36,192 nucleotides of DNA, taken from positions 1 to 36,192 of the forward strand of contig JAPLXX010000046.1 in the NCBI GenBank assembly GCA_026395855.1. The letters are read 5' to 3'. Origin of the DNA: Candidatus Pacearchaeota archaeon. GTDB taxonomy: Archaea; Nanobdellota; Nanobdellia; Pacearchaeales; GW2011-AR1. Positions within the stretch are counted from its first letter, which is position 1. Every line of letters begins with the position of its first letter. Shown here one piece after another: positions 1 to 7,517 of this stretch. The notes under the pieces were generated by a model. It was not told the origin of the DNA. It ran no database searches and was given only the letters and a program-made list of their open reading frames with translations. The position numbers were made by a program, and so were the translations under genes.

Positions 1-104
1 ATATGATTTAAAAGCTCTAGGCCTTGTTTTAGGAATGCCGACTTGGATGACTTCAAATTTGTAAAGAAAAATGTTAAATAAAAAATGATAAAAGATAAAT
101 AAAA

Positions 105-1622
105 ATGGAACCAAACACAAACAAAATACTTGAATCACTAAGTCCTAACGAAAGAAAGATTATTCAGCACCTTGAAGAAAAAAGCATAGCTGAAATATGC
201 AAAAAGTCCAGTCTTGACAAGGTTTCTGTCACAAGGTCGCTTGAATATCTGAAGAACAAGGGAATTGTAAGTATATTTACAAAACAAAAGAAGATAGTTG
301 ATGTCGGGGTCAACGGGGCTTTGTATAGAAAAAAAGGGCTTCCTGAAAGAAGGCTTATTAATCTCCTTAATGAAAAAAGAATCCTTAAGTTGGAAGATGC
401 CCAGAAACAAAGTAAGCTTTCTGAAGAAGAATTCAAGGCATCTCTTGGCGTTTTGAAGAAAAAAGCGTTTATAGAATTAAAAAATGAAAAGATAATCCTG
501 AACGCTAAAAAAGAGGAAATCTCAAAAAAAAGTCTTGAAGAAATCTTTATTGAATCTCTTCCTCTTGAATATAACTCTTTGAATTCAGAGCAGATGTTTG
601 CTTTTAAATCCCTTGAAAAAAGAAGAAATATCCTTGAATTAACAGATGAAAAAATTATAGAGATAGAAGTCACAGAGCTTGGAAAAAAAATAATAAGCCT
701 TGGAACAAAGAGTTCTGAGCTAATAGAGCAGATAACACCTGAAGTGCTGCAAAAAGAATCCTGGAAAGGAAAAAGATTCAGAAGATATGATATCAGTCTT
801 CCTGTATCAAAAATAGAAGGCGGAAAAAGGCATTTTGTAAACCAGGCGGTTGATTATGCAAGAAATATATGGAAAGATATGGGCTTCAAAGAAATGTCAG
901 GTGACATGGTTGTCAGCTGTTTCTGGAATTTTGACGCATTATTCACAGCACAAGATCATCCTGTTCGGGAAATGCAGGACACTTTCTTTCTTAATAAAAA
1001 GACAGAACTTCCTGATAAAAAATTAGTAAAAGCTGTCAAAGAAAGCCATGAAAAAGGAGTTGACAACAGCATTGGCTGGAATTATTCCTGGAACGAAGAA
1101 GAAGCAAAAAAGCTTGTTCTAAGAACCCACACAACATGCCTGTCTGCACAAACTCTTGCAAAATTAAAACCAGAAGAAATTCCTGTAAAATTCTTCGCAA
1201 TTGGAAAATGCTTCAGGAACGAAACCCTTGACTGGAGCCACGGCTTTGAATTCAATCAAACAGAAGGAATTGTCATTGACAAAAATGCAAACTTCAGGCA
1301 TTTGCTCGGCTATCTTAAGCAATTTTTCAAAAAAATGGGATTTGAAAAAGTAAGATTCCGTCCAGGTTATTTCCCATACACAGAGCCAAGTGTTGAAATA
1401 GATGTTTTTCATCCAGAAAGAAAAGTCTGGCTTGAGCTTGGTGGTGCAGGAATTTTCCGACCAGAAGTAACAATTCCTCTTCTTGGAAAAAATATACCAA
1501 TTCTCGCCTGGGGTCCTGGTTTTGACAGAATAATAATGGATTATTATAAAATAAAAGACCTGAGGGATTTTTACAAAAACGACCTCGCGCAGCTTCGAAA
1601 AATGAGGTTTTGGGTGAAATAA
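105..1622 (+). CDS. pheS: phenylalanyl-tRNA synthetase alpha subunit (long archaeal/eukaryal form)
   Basis: 505-aa ORF. Class II aaRS motifs are visible in the translation (FRNETLDWSHGFEFNQTEG, GGAGIFRPEV). It has a long N-terminal helical extension and lies in the same direction as pheT. Confidence 0.9.
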   Translation: MEPNTNKILESLSPNERKIIQHLEEKSIAEICKKSSLDKVSVTRSLEYLKNKGIVSIFTKQKKIVDVGVNGALYRKKGLPERRLINLLNEKRILKLEDAQKQSKLSEEEFKASLGVLKKKAFIELKNEKIILNAKKEEISKKSLEEIFIESLPLEYNSLNSEQMFAFKSLEKRRNILELTDEKIIEIEVTELGKKIISLGTKSSELIEQITPEVLQKESWKGKRFRRYDISLPVSKIEGGKRHFVNQAVDYARNIWKDMGFKEMSGDMVVSCFWNFDALFTAQDHPVREMQDTFFLNKKTELPDKKLVKAVKESHEKGVDNSIGWNYSWNEEEAKKLVLRTHTTCLSAQTLAKLKPEEIPVKFFAIGKCFRNETLDWSHGFEFNQTEGIVIDKNANFRHLLGYLKQFFKKMGFEKVRFRPGYFPYTEPSVEIDVFHPERKVWLELGGAGIFRPEVTIPLLGKNIPILAWGPGFDRIIMDYYKIKDLRDFYKNDLAQLRKMRFWVK

Positions 1623-1626
1623 AAAA

Positions 1627-2028
1627 ATGACAAACGAAAATAGCAACTGCATTTTCTGCAAAATTGTGAAAGGAGAAATTCCTGCTGTGAAAATCTGGGA
1701 GGATAAAAATTATTTTATTATGTTAGATTCTCATCCAATTAATCCAGGGCATACATTAGTAATTCCAAAAAAACATGATGAATATATTTTTGATTTAAAT
1801 GACAGAGAGTATGTAGAATTAATACTAAAAGCTAAAACAGTTGCTAAAACATTAAAAGAAAAACTTAAACCAAAAAGAATAGGTATAGCTGTCGAGGGTT
1901 TTGGTGTTCCTCATGTTCATATTCATTTAGTTCCTTTAAATAAAGGGAATGAATTAAATCCTGAAAGAGCAAAACATATGGATGAAAATAAATTGAAATT
2001 AATGGCAGAAAAAATAACAGGAAAATAA
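1627..2028 (+). CDS. HIT-family (histidine triad) nucleotide hydrolase/transferase
   Basis: 133-aa ORF with the histidine-triad signature VPHVHIHLVP near the C-terminus. It starts 4 nt after the pheS stop, and pheT starts 1 nt after its own stop. Confidence 0.85.
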   Translation: MTNENSNCIFCKIVKGEIPAVKIWEDKNYFIMLDSHPINPGHTLVIPKKHDEYIFDLNDREYVELILKAKTVAKTLKEKLKPKRIGIAVEGFGVPHVHIHLVPLNKGNELNPERAKHMDENKLKLMAEKITGK

Positions 2029-2029
2029 A

Positions 2030-3673
2030 ATGGCAATCGTAACCTTCGGCAAAAAGCAGTTTGAAAAAGACATTGGAACTCTCGACGAGAAAATGAAAAA
2101 CAGGATTTCTATGTTTGGAACACCTATCGAGAGAGAGGATGAAAAAGAAATAAGCATTGAAATTTTTCCAAACCGCCCTGATTTGCTTTCATATCAGGGA
2201 TTTAAGCGTGCCTTTCTTGGATTTCTCGGCAAAAAGACAGGACTTTTGCAATACAAAGTAAATAAGCCAGAGGAAAAATATAAAGTAATTGTAGATTCTT
2301 CTGTAAAAGATATAAGACCTTACACAGCTTGTGCGATTGTTCGGGATTTAAAGCTTGACAATGAAAAAATAAAAGAAATAATTGAAATGCAGGAAAAACT
2401 GCATGAAACAGTCGGAAGAAAAAGGAAAAAAGCAGCTATTGGAATTTATCCTCTGGAAAAAATAGAGCTTCCTATAACTTTCAAAGCTGTAGAACCTGAC
2501 AAAATAAGATTTATTCCCCTTGAAATGGATAAAGAACTTTCAGGCTTGGAAATTCTTCAAAGGCATCCTGCAGGAAAAGAATATTCACATCTGCTTGCGG
2601 GAAAAATCAAATTCCCTGTTTTTGTCGATGCCAAAGAGCAGATTTTAAGCATGCCACCGATAATTAATTCCCAGCTTACAGGAAGGGTAACAACTGAAAC
2701 AAAAGATGTTTTTGTAGAATGCTCTGGTTTTGATTTCAACATTCTAAAAATCTGCCTGAATATAATTGTCACATGCCTGGCAGATATGGGCGGGAAAATT
2801 TATCAAATGGAACTCAAAGGATTAAAGACCACAACCCCTGATTTAACATCAAGAGTTATGAAAATTTCTCTTGAAAACACAAACAAGCTTTTAGGAATAA
2901 ACCTGAATGAAAAACAGCTGAAAGAACTTCTTGAAAAAATGGGCTATGATTACAAAAATAAAATAGCTGAAATTCCCGCATGGAGGGTGGATGTTCTTCA
3001 TGAAGTTGATTTAATAGAAGATGTTGCCATAGCATACGGCTATGAAAATTTCATTCCCGAAATTCCGGAGATTTCTACTATAGGAGAAGAAAAGTCAGAG
3101 GAAAAAATAAAGAGAAATATCGCCCAAATTTTAGCAGGTATTGGTCTTTTAGAAGTTTCAAGCTATCATTTGACTAACAAACAAAATCAAATAGAAAATA
3201 TGGGTCTAAGTGAAAAAGAAAGGGTAATAGAAGTTGAAGAGTCAAAAACAGAATATACAATTTTAAGGAAAAATTTAACTTCTTCTCTGCTGAAAATCCT
3301 CTCTGAAAATGTTGATTCAGAATATCCTCAGAAAATATTTGAGATAGGAAAAACTTTTGATATCTCTGCAGAAAATATCACTGAAAAAGAAACCCTTGCA
3401 TCTGCAATCACTCCTGGAAATTTCACAGAAATACGACAGACTCTTGAATACCTTTTCAGAATGCTTGATTTAGAAATTTCTTTCAGCGAACCAAAAAATC
3501 TTCCTGTCTGGTTTATAGAAGGAAGAACAGCTGAAATCTCGCTGAAAGGCAGGAGTATCGGCTTTATCGGAGAAATACATCCAAAAATACTGAAAAACTG
3601 GAAGATAAAAATGCCTGTTGCATTATTCGAAATTCAACTCGAAGAAGTTTTTAGGGATGTTTTGAAAAATTAA
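2030..3673 (+). CDS. pheT: phenylalanyl-tRNA synthetase beta subunit (archaeal type)
   Basis: 547-aa ORF, the size expected for the archaeal beta chain. It has an FPNRPDLLSYQGFKRA-type B3/B4 region and is co-oriented with pheS. Confidence 0.88.
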   Translation: MAIVTFGKKQFEKDIGTLDEKMKNRISMFGTPIEREDEKEISIEIFPNRPDLLSYQGFKRAFLGFLGKKTGLLQYKVNKPEEKYKVIVDSSVKDIRPYTACAIVRDLKLDNEKIKEIIEMQEKLHETVGRKRKKAAIGIYPLEKIELPITFKAVEPDKIRFIPLEMDKELSGLEILQRHPAGKEYSHLLAGKIKFPVFVDAKEQILSMPPIINSQLTGRVTTETKDVFVECSGFDFNILKICLNIIVTCLADMGGKIYQMELKGLKTTTPDLTSRVMKISLENTNKLLGINLNEKQLKELLEKMGYDYKNKIAEIPAWRVDVLHEVDLIEDVAIAYGYENFIPEIPEISTIGEEKSEEKIKRNIAQILAGIGLLEVSSYHLTNKQNQIENMGLSEKERVIEVEESKTEYTILRKNLTSSLLKILSENVDSEYPQKIFEIGKTFDISAENITEKETLASAITPGNFTEIRQTLEYLFRMLDLEISFSEPKNLPVWFIEGRTAEISLKGRSIGFIGEIHPKILKNWKIKMPVALFEIQLEEVFRDVLKN

Positions 3674-3884
3674 TAAAGGGAATTTTAATGTTATAACAAT
3701 TTTGGCAGAGAATTACATGTATTTTAAATTAACTAGATTAAACTGAGGATTATAATTTTAAAAAGATATCATAAACTCATTATATATCTTATTAGCATTA
3801 AATTAGGGTGGGCGAGCATATTGACTTGACTAAAATATTAAATAAATAACAAGACAATGTGCAAGCAGGAAGGGAAAGAAAAAC

Positions 3885-4373
3885 TCACCCAAAATAACCT
3901 TTATTGTTTTCTTCTGCTTTGTTATCCTGATGTTTTTCAACTTTTTCGAAAATGCCAGCAAGCTCTTTCTTTATGCCCTGCCAGAGATTGTAGGAGTTTC
4001 TTATGAACTCTGCTTCTTTTGTTTCGTCAAATTCCAAATCTCTTTCAACAAATTTAATCTCGTTCTGGACAAGCTGCTTGTAAACCTCTGTAAGCTTCTT
4101 TTTTTCTTCAGACCCTATCATTTTCAGAATACTGAAAACAAACATCGGCACATTTACAGGATTAAGAAGATTCTCAATAAGCCTCATGTAATTTGCAAGC
4201 CTGTCACCGACCATTCTCCTAATTTCCCTTATGAGCAAATCTGTCTCTGTCTCAGCTATTTTTTCAACATAAAAATCTTTATTCATTTCCTCAAAGCCGG
4301 GCAGCTTATGCTGTTTTTGAAGTTTTTCATATTCTTTTTTTAGGGTTTCAAGACCCATTCCTGTTTTTGTCAT
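3885..4373 (-). CDS. hypothetical protein (helical, charged)
   Basis: 162-aa ORF with no recognised motif. The overlapping + strand ORF (3930..4343) looks like an antisense artefact. Confidence 0.5.
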   Translation of the reverse strand: MTKTGMGLETLKKEYEKLQKQHKLPGFEEMNKDFYVEKIAETETDLLIREIRRMVGDRLANYMRLIENLLNPVNVPMFVFSILKMIGSEEKKKLTEVYKQLVQNEIKFVERDLEFDETKEAEFIRNSYNLWQGIKKELAGIFEKVEKHQDNKAEENNKGYFG

Positions 4374-4411
4374 GCTCTTTGTTATTCTGCTCTTTTTATA
4401 AATATATTGAA

Positions 4412-4485
4412 AGCCTGTGCTGAGAATTGAACTCAGGACCTCAACATTACCAATGTTGCGCTCTAACCGGCTGAGCTACACAGGC
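4412..4485 (-). tRNA. tRNA-Thr (anticodon GGU), no intron, no encoded CCA
   Basis: The reverse complement folds by hand as a cloverleaf: acceptor GCCTGTG/CACAGGC, D stem GCTC/GAGC, anticodon stem CAACA/TGTTG with loop TTGGTAA, T arm CTGAG-TTCAATT-CTCAG. An AT-rich TATA-like tract lies just upstream and there is no conserved leader element. Confidence 0.9.
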
Positions 4486-4641
4486 TTATAGCTAATGTTA
4501 TTATTATAGTATAAAAATTTAAGGTTTTTTAATGCCTGGTTTTAATAGTGAGATAAATAAAGATGGATGATATAATTTTAGTTTAAAGCTGGTTCAATAA
4601 AATAATACTAAAAATAACATAGTCCTTTGATTAAAAGATAA

Positions 4642-4887
4642 TCATTTTTTCCCTGACTTAAGAATCAAGAAAACCAAAAGCACTATTAAAAGTGCAAGCG
4701 ATAAGAATCCAAATATTATAGACAGCAAGCCGAAAAGGTTTTTAAAAAGAGCTGTTGAGGAAACAAAATATAAAACAAGCGAGACCACAAACAAAATCAA
4801 AAACATAATCAGGTTTCTTGATGAAATTCGAATTTTCCTTTTCAAAGAATCAAGCTTTCCTACCCCTTTTACCGTCTTTTTAACCAT
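4642..4887 (-). CDS. small membrane protein (2 predicted TM helices)
   Basis: 81-aa ORF with two long hydrophobic stretches. It is last in a run of four co-oriented small ORFs. Confidence 0.4.
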   Translation of the reverse strand: MVKKTVKGVGKLDSLKRKIRISSRNLIMFLILFVVSLVLYFVSSTALFKNLFGLLSIIFGFLSLALLIVLLVFLILKSGKK

Positions 4888-4919
4888 GTTGTACTTTAAT
4901 TATTTCAAGTTTATAAAGA

Positions 4920-5120
4920 TTACCCAGAAGGCAGCCATTCAAATTTAACAACATAACCAGTAATGTCTGCAGCCTGGGTCACAATTGTTTTGCCCCATCC
5001 AAGATATTCATCAAAAAAAACCTCACGCTCAGATGAAACTCCTAAATGAAGATTCTGATTGCTTATTATAAACAAAGCTCCCAGAACCAAAAGCTTGACA
5101 ATTATTATTGGAATTTTCAT
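4920..5120 (-). CDS. small secreted or membrane-anchored protein
   Basis: 66-aa ORF with an N-terminal hydrophobic, signal-like segment. It starts 1 nt after the upstream ORF's stop. Confidence 0.35.
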   Translation of the reverse strand: MKIPIIIVKLLVLGALFIISNQNLHLGVSSEREVFFDEYLGWGKTIVTQAADITGYVVKFEWLPSG

Positions 5121-5121
5121 T

Positions 5122-5412
5122 TTAACCAGTGCTGTTTCCTGTTTTTATTCCAATAACTTTGCCAGTAGCTTCGAAAGCATGACCAAGGGCTGTTTTTAGC
5201 CATAAAAAATAAACCCGCATAGATGAAAGTCCATCGCCTATGCTTGAAAAATTAAAATCAGAGCCGCTTACCATTAAAAAAACAAAGAATATTACAGCCA
5301 AAACACCCAAAAGTATAAACAAAAATGCAAATTTTGTCCTAAGACTATTCCATTTAAGCCCAAGAAAAAGAACCAAAATAGCAGTTACCACCAAAATTAT
5401 CAGCATATTCAT
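5122..5412 (-). CDS. small membrane protein
   Basis: 96-aa ORF with 2-3 hydrophobic helices. The overlapping + strand ORF 5240..5554 was judged an antisense artefact. Confidence 0.4.
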   Translation of the reverse strand: MNMLIILVVTAILVLFLGLKWNSLRTKFAFLFILLGVLAVIFFVFLMVSGSDFNFSSIGDGLSSMRVYFLWLKTALGHAFEATGKVIGIKTGNSTG

Positions 5413-5446
5413 TCAAACTAAAACTCTTTTACATATAAAAATATTT

Positions 5447-5905
5447 CTAAATCAAACTATAGGCCATTGTTCCAAGCAGAATCAAATCCACGAGAACAAA
5501 TGTATAAAATATGACTTTGTCTATTTTTCCACCTGTTGCAACAATTCCTTTTGAAACCCCTTTTAGCGGCCAAAACGGTCTTATTCCCTGAACAGTGAAG
5601 CTGTCTGCAAAAAGATGAAAACTATATCCTACAAAAAAAGGAAGAGCAAGTATTGGATAAAAAAAAGCAATAATAAATGAGAGAATTATCGCTGCAGTAT
5701 AACTGTGAATTATTCCCCGGTGTTCTGTCATAGCCTGAACAGGAGCTGCAATTTTTTTTCTTCCTATATATGAAAATCCAGAGTCAACATCTGGAAAAAA
5801 GCTTGAAAACAAAACTATTGGAATAAATATAAGCGGCTTTGTAACCTGAGTTGAAAAATAAAGTGCAACAGCAAGCCCTATGGCTACATGGGTTTTCCAT
5901 ATCAT
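5447..5905 (-). CDS. membrane-bound metal-dependent hydrolase, YdjM/DUF457-like
   Basis: 152-aa polytopic ORF with family-typical His/Asp motifs (FFPDVDS, HRGIIHSY, HLFADSFT). Confidence 0.65.
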   Translation of the reverse strand: MIWKTHVAIGLAVALYFSTQVTKPLIFIPIVLFSSFFPDVDSGFSYIGRKKIAAPVQAMTEHRGIIHSYTAAIILSFIIAFFYPILALPFFVGYSFHLFADSFTVQGIRPFWPLKGVSKGIVATGGKIDKVIFYTFVLVDLILLGTMAYSLI

Positions 5906-6058
5906 ATAGTATTATGGAAAATTGTAAATATAAACCTAACGAGTTATGTTTAAAGACGAGGATAATTAATAAGAAGGATGCGTTTATTTAATATTTATTA
6001 GGGGGTTTTTAGCAACTAACAAATATTTAAAAGAGGATATTATAATATAAATGTAAAA

Positions 6059-6105
6059 GCCCTGATTCAACCAAGCATGGACGAAGCTGCGGCGAGTGAA
6101 TGAAA
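6059..6105 (+). repeat. leader-repeat copy A (26-nt core at 6071..6096), immediately 5' of tRNA-Gln
   Basis: Matches copy B (7411..7448) at 35 of 38 positions, and the core CCAAGCATGGACGAAGCTGCGGCGAG is identical. It begins about 25-30 nt downstream of the TATA-like tract atatttaaaa, so it is probably the transcribed 5' leader. Confidence 0.75.
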
Positions 6106-6112
6106 TGAGCAA

Positions 6113-6185
6113 AGCCCCATAGTACAGCGGTCAAGTATATCGGCCTCTGAAGCCGGTGACCCAGGTTCGAATCCTGGTGGGGCTA
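6113..6185 (+). tRNA. tRNA-Gln (anticodon CUG)
   Basis: Hand-folded cloverleaf: acceptor AGCCCCA/TGGGGCT (the A1-U72 pair is typical of archaeal tRNA-Gln), D stem GTAC/GTAT, anticodon stem TCGGC/GCCGG with loop CTCTGAA, T arm CCAGG-TTCGAAT-CCTGG. Confidence 0.9.
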
Positions 6186-6205
6186 TATTACTATAAAAAA
6201 TGAAA

Positions 6206-6239
6206 GCAAATCAGAGATTTTCATTCATTCGCTATCAGG
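6206..6239 (-). repeat. leader-repeat partial copy G (inverted, lacks the core), 3' of tRNA-Gln
   Basis: The reverse complement reads CCTGAT-AGCGAATGAATGAAAAT-CTCTGATTTGC. This matches the two flanks of copy A (CCTGAT ... GCGAGTGAATGAAAT) with the 25-nt core missing. Confidence 0.55.
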
Positions 6240-6249
6240 AAAATATCAA

Positions 6250-6813
6250 ATGAAAAGATTTTTCAGATTCAGATACCCAAAACTGGCATTGATTTGCATT
6301 TCAATAGTTGTATCTTTTTTTCTTTTCGGCAACGCACAGGTTCAAAGCATAATTTCTGGCTTAAACAGCCTGACATATCTTGGAATTTTCATTGCAGGAC
6401 TGCTTTTTTCATTCGGGTTTTCAACACCTCTTGCAATAGGCTTTTTCCTTACAGCATCACCTGAAAATATTTTTCTTGCAACATTTATTGGAGGCGTTGG
6501 CGCGATGCTCTCAGACTTGCTTATTTTTCATTTCATAAAATTTTCAGTAATGGATGAATTCAACCGCCTTGAAAAAACAAAACCAATGAAAATGATGATA
6601 GATGAAATCGATAAAGATATCAAAAAGAAGATTCGAAATTATCTCGCTTTTTTCCTTGCCGGAATAATCATTGCCTCACCTTTGCCTGATGAATTGGGAG
6701 TGGGAATGCTTGCAGGATTAACAGCAATAAAGCCAAAAATTCTTGCATTAATAAGTTTCATAATGAATAGCGTTGGAATTTTCTTAATGCTTTGGCTTGG
6801 AAATGCTTTTTAA
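6250..6813 (+). CDS. polytopic membrane protein, unknown function
   Basis: 187-aa ORF with about 5 hydrophobic helices. Confidence 0.5.
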   Translation: MKRFFRFRYPKLALICISIVVSFFLFGNAQVQSIISGLNSLTYLGIFIAGLLFSFGFSTPLAIGFFLTASPENIFLATFIGGVGAMLSDLLIFHFIKFSVMDEFNRLEKTKPMKMMIDEIDKDIKKKIRNYLAFFLAGIIIASPLPDELGVGMLAGLTAIKPKILALISFIMNSVGIFLMLWLGNAF

Positions 6814-6820
6814 TTTAGAA

Positions 6821-6979
6821 TTATAATTTTATCCTGAAGTCTTCAGCTGTCTTGGGATTTTTTTCATGCTGATCCATTTTGCCTTTAAGCAGACAGTCAT
6901 AGCAGATATGAATTGTTCCGTCTTTGTCTTTGATTCTTCCTGTTCCCCTACACTTCTTGCATTCCATTTCGCTTACCAT
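6821..6979 (-). CDS. small zinc-ribbon protein (CxxC ... CxxC), not in the ORF track
   Basis: Hand translation of the reverse strand gives MVSEMECKKCRGTGRIKDKDGTIHICYDCLLKGKMDQHEKNPKTAEDFRIKL (52 aa). It contains a CKKCRGTG (DnaJ-like CxxCxGxG) motif plus CYDC, and fills an otherwise empty 260-nt gap. Confidence 0.5.
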   Translation of the reverse strand: MVSEMECKKCRGTGRIKDKDGTIHICYDCLLKGKMDQHEKNPKTAEDFRIKL

Positions 6980-7075
6980 GTATTTCAGAATAAAGAGCTA
7001 TATTTAAGCATTGTTAAGATGCGAAATAATCGAAATAATCACTAGATTTAAATATATGCCAGTGTTGTATAAAAT

Positions 7076-7330
7076 ATGGCAGATGAAAAAGAAATCGGAA
7101 AGGTTTCAAGCTATTTTAGCCATGTGGAAGTCGCTGCTATAAAGCTTTCAGGAATTCTGAAAGTCGGTGACACAGTTCATATAAAAGGACACACAACGGA
7201 TTTTGAAGTAAAGGTGAACAGCATACAGATAGAAAGAGCAGAAGTAAAAACTGCGAAAAAAGGCGACCACATTGGCATAAAAGTCCCTGATAAAGTCAGG
7301 CCCAGCGATGTTGTTTTCCTTGTTAAATAA
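7076..7330 (+). CDS. small beta-barrel protein resembling EF-Tu domain 2
   Basis: 84-aa ORF. The pattern GDTVHIKG...VNSIQIERAEVKTAKKGDHIGIKV resembles the translation-factor domain II barrel. Confidence 0.5.
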   Translation: MADEKEIGKVSSYFSHVEVAAIKLSGILKVGDTVHIKGHTTDFEVKVNSIQIERAEVKTAKKGDHIGIKVPDKVRPSDVVFLVK

Positions 7331-7410
7331 AAGGATTACTAAAAAACCTTAAATAGACTTCTCAGCTTTATTTTTTAAGCAGAGCGCAGCGTTTAAACAA
7401 AGTGAAGTTT

Positions 7411-7517
7411 GCCCAGATTCTGCCAAGCATGGACGAAGCTGCGGCGAGAACGCGAAGCGTTTGAGCCTTAAGCCGACCACGCATAGGCGGCTTTGGGTGA
7501 GCGAGCAAAGCGAGTGA
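7411..7517 (+). ncRNA. leader-repeat copy B (core 7423..7448) plus a GC-rich structured extension, 5' of tRNA-Glu
   Basis: The core is identical to copy A. The downstream 7449..7517 segment is conspicuously GC-rich in an AT-rich genome. It contains hairpins AACGC-GAA-GCGTT (7449..7461) and AAGCCG-N12-CGGCTT (7470..7493), then a purine-rich tail up to the tRNA. Confidence 0.6.

Noticed and set aside
2-64. Possible 3' end of an upstream + strand CDS (YDLKALGLVLGMPTWMTSNL, stop at 62..64).
   Set aside because: Only 20 codons are visible with no recognisable motif, so it cannot be told apart from chance.
164-673. Long antisense ORFs inside confirmed genes. Examples: 164..673, 1164..1661, 3930..4343, 13408..13809, 14151..14528, 20436..20834, 22214..22636, 29611..29982.
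   Set aside because: Each overlaps, on the opposite strand, a CDS with clear family motifs. Their translations are low-complexity (F/L/S/I-rich), as expected from antisense reading of AT-rich, Lys/Glu-rich genes.
6060-6096. Hammerhead-like arrangement in the leader repeat: CUGAU ... CCA/UGG stem ... GAA.
   Set aside because: The core does not fit CUGANGA-stem II-GAAA. There are extra nucleotides, G8/A9 are missing in copies A and B, and copy B has CAGA instead of CUGA. No defined stem I/III or cleavage triplet was found.
6077-6103. Micro-ORF within the conserved core: ATG GAC GAA GCT GCG GCG ..., giving MDEAAASE* in copy A and MDEAAARTRSV* in copy B.
   Set aside because: Copy C has TTG instead of ATG and a different downstream frame and length. 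The nucleotide-level pattern, including a compensatory pair, fits an RNA or DNA element better than a peptide.
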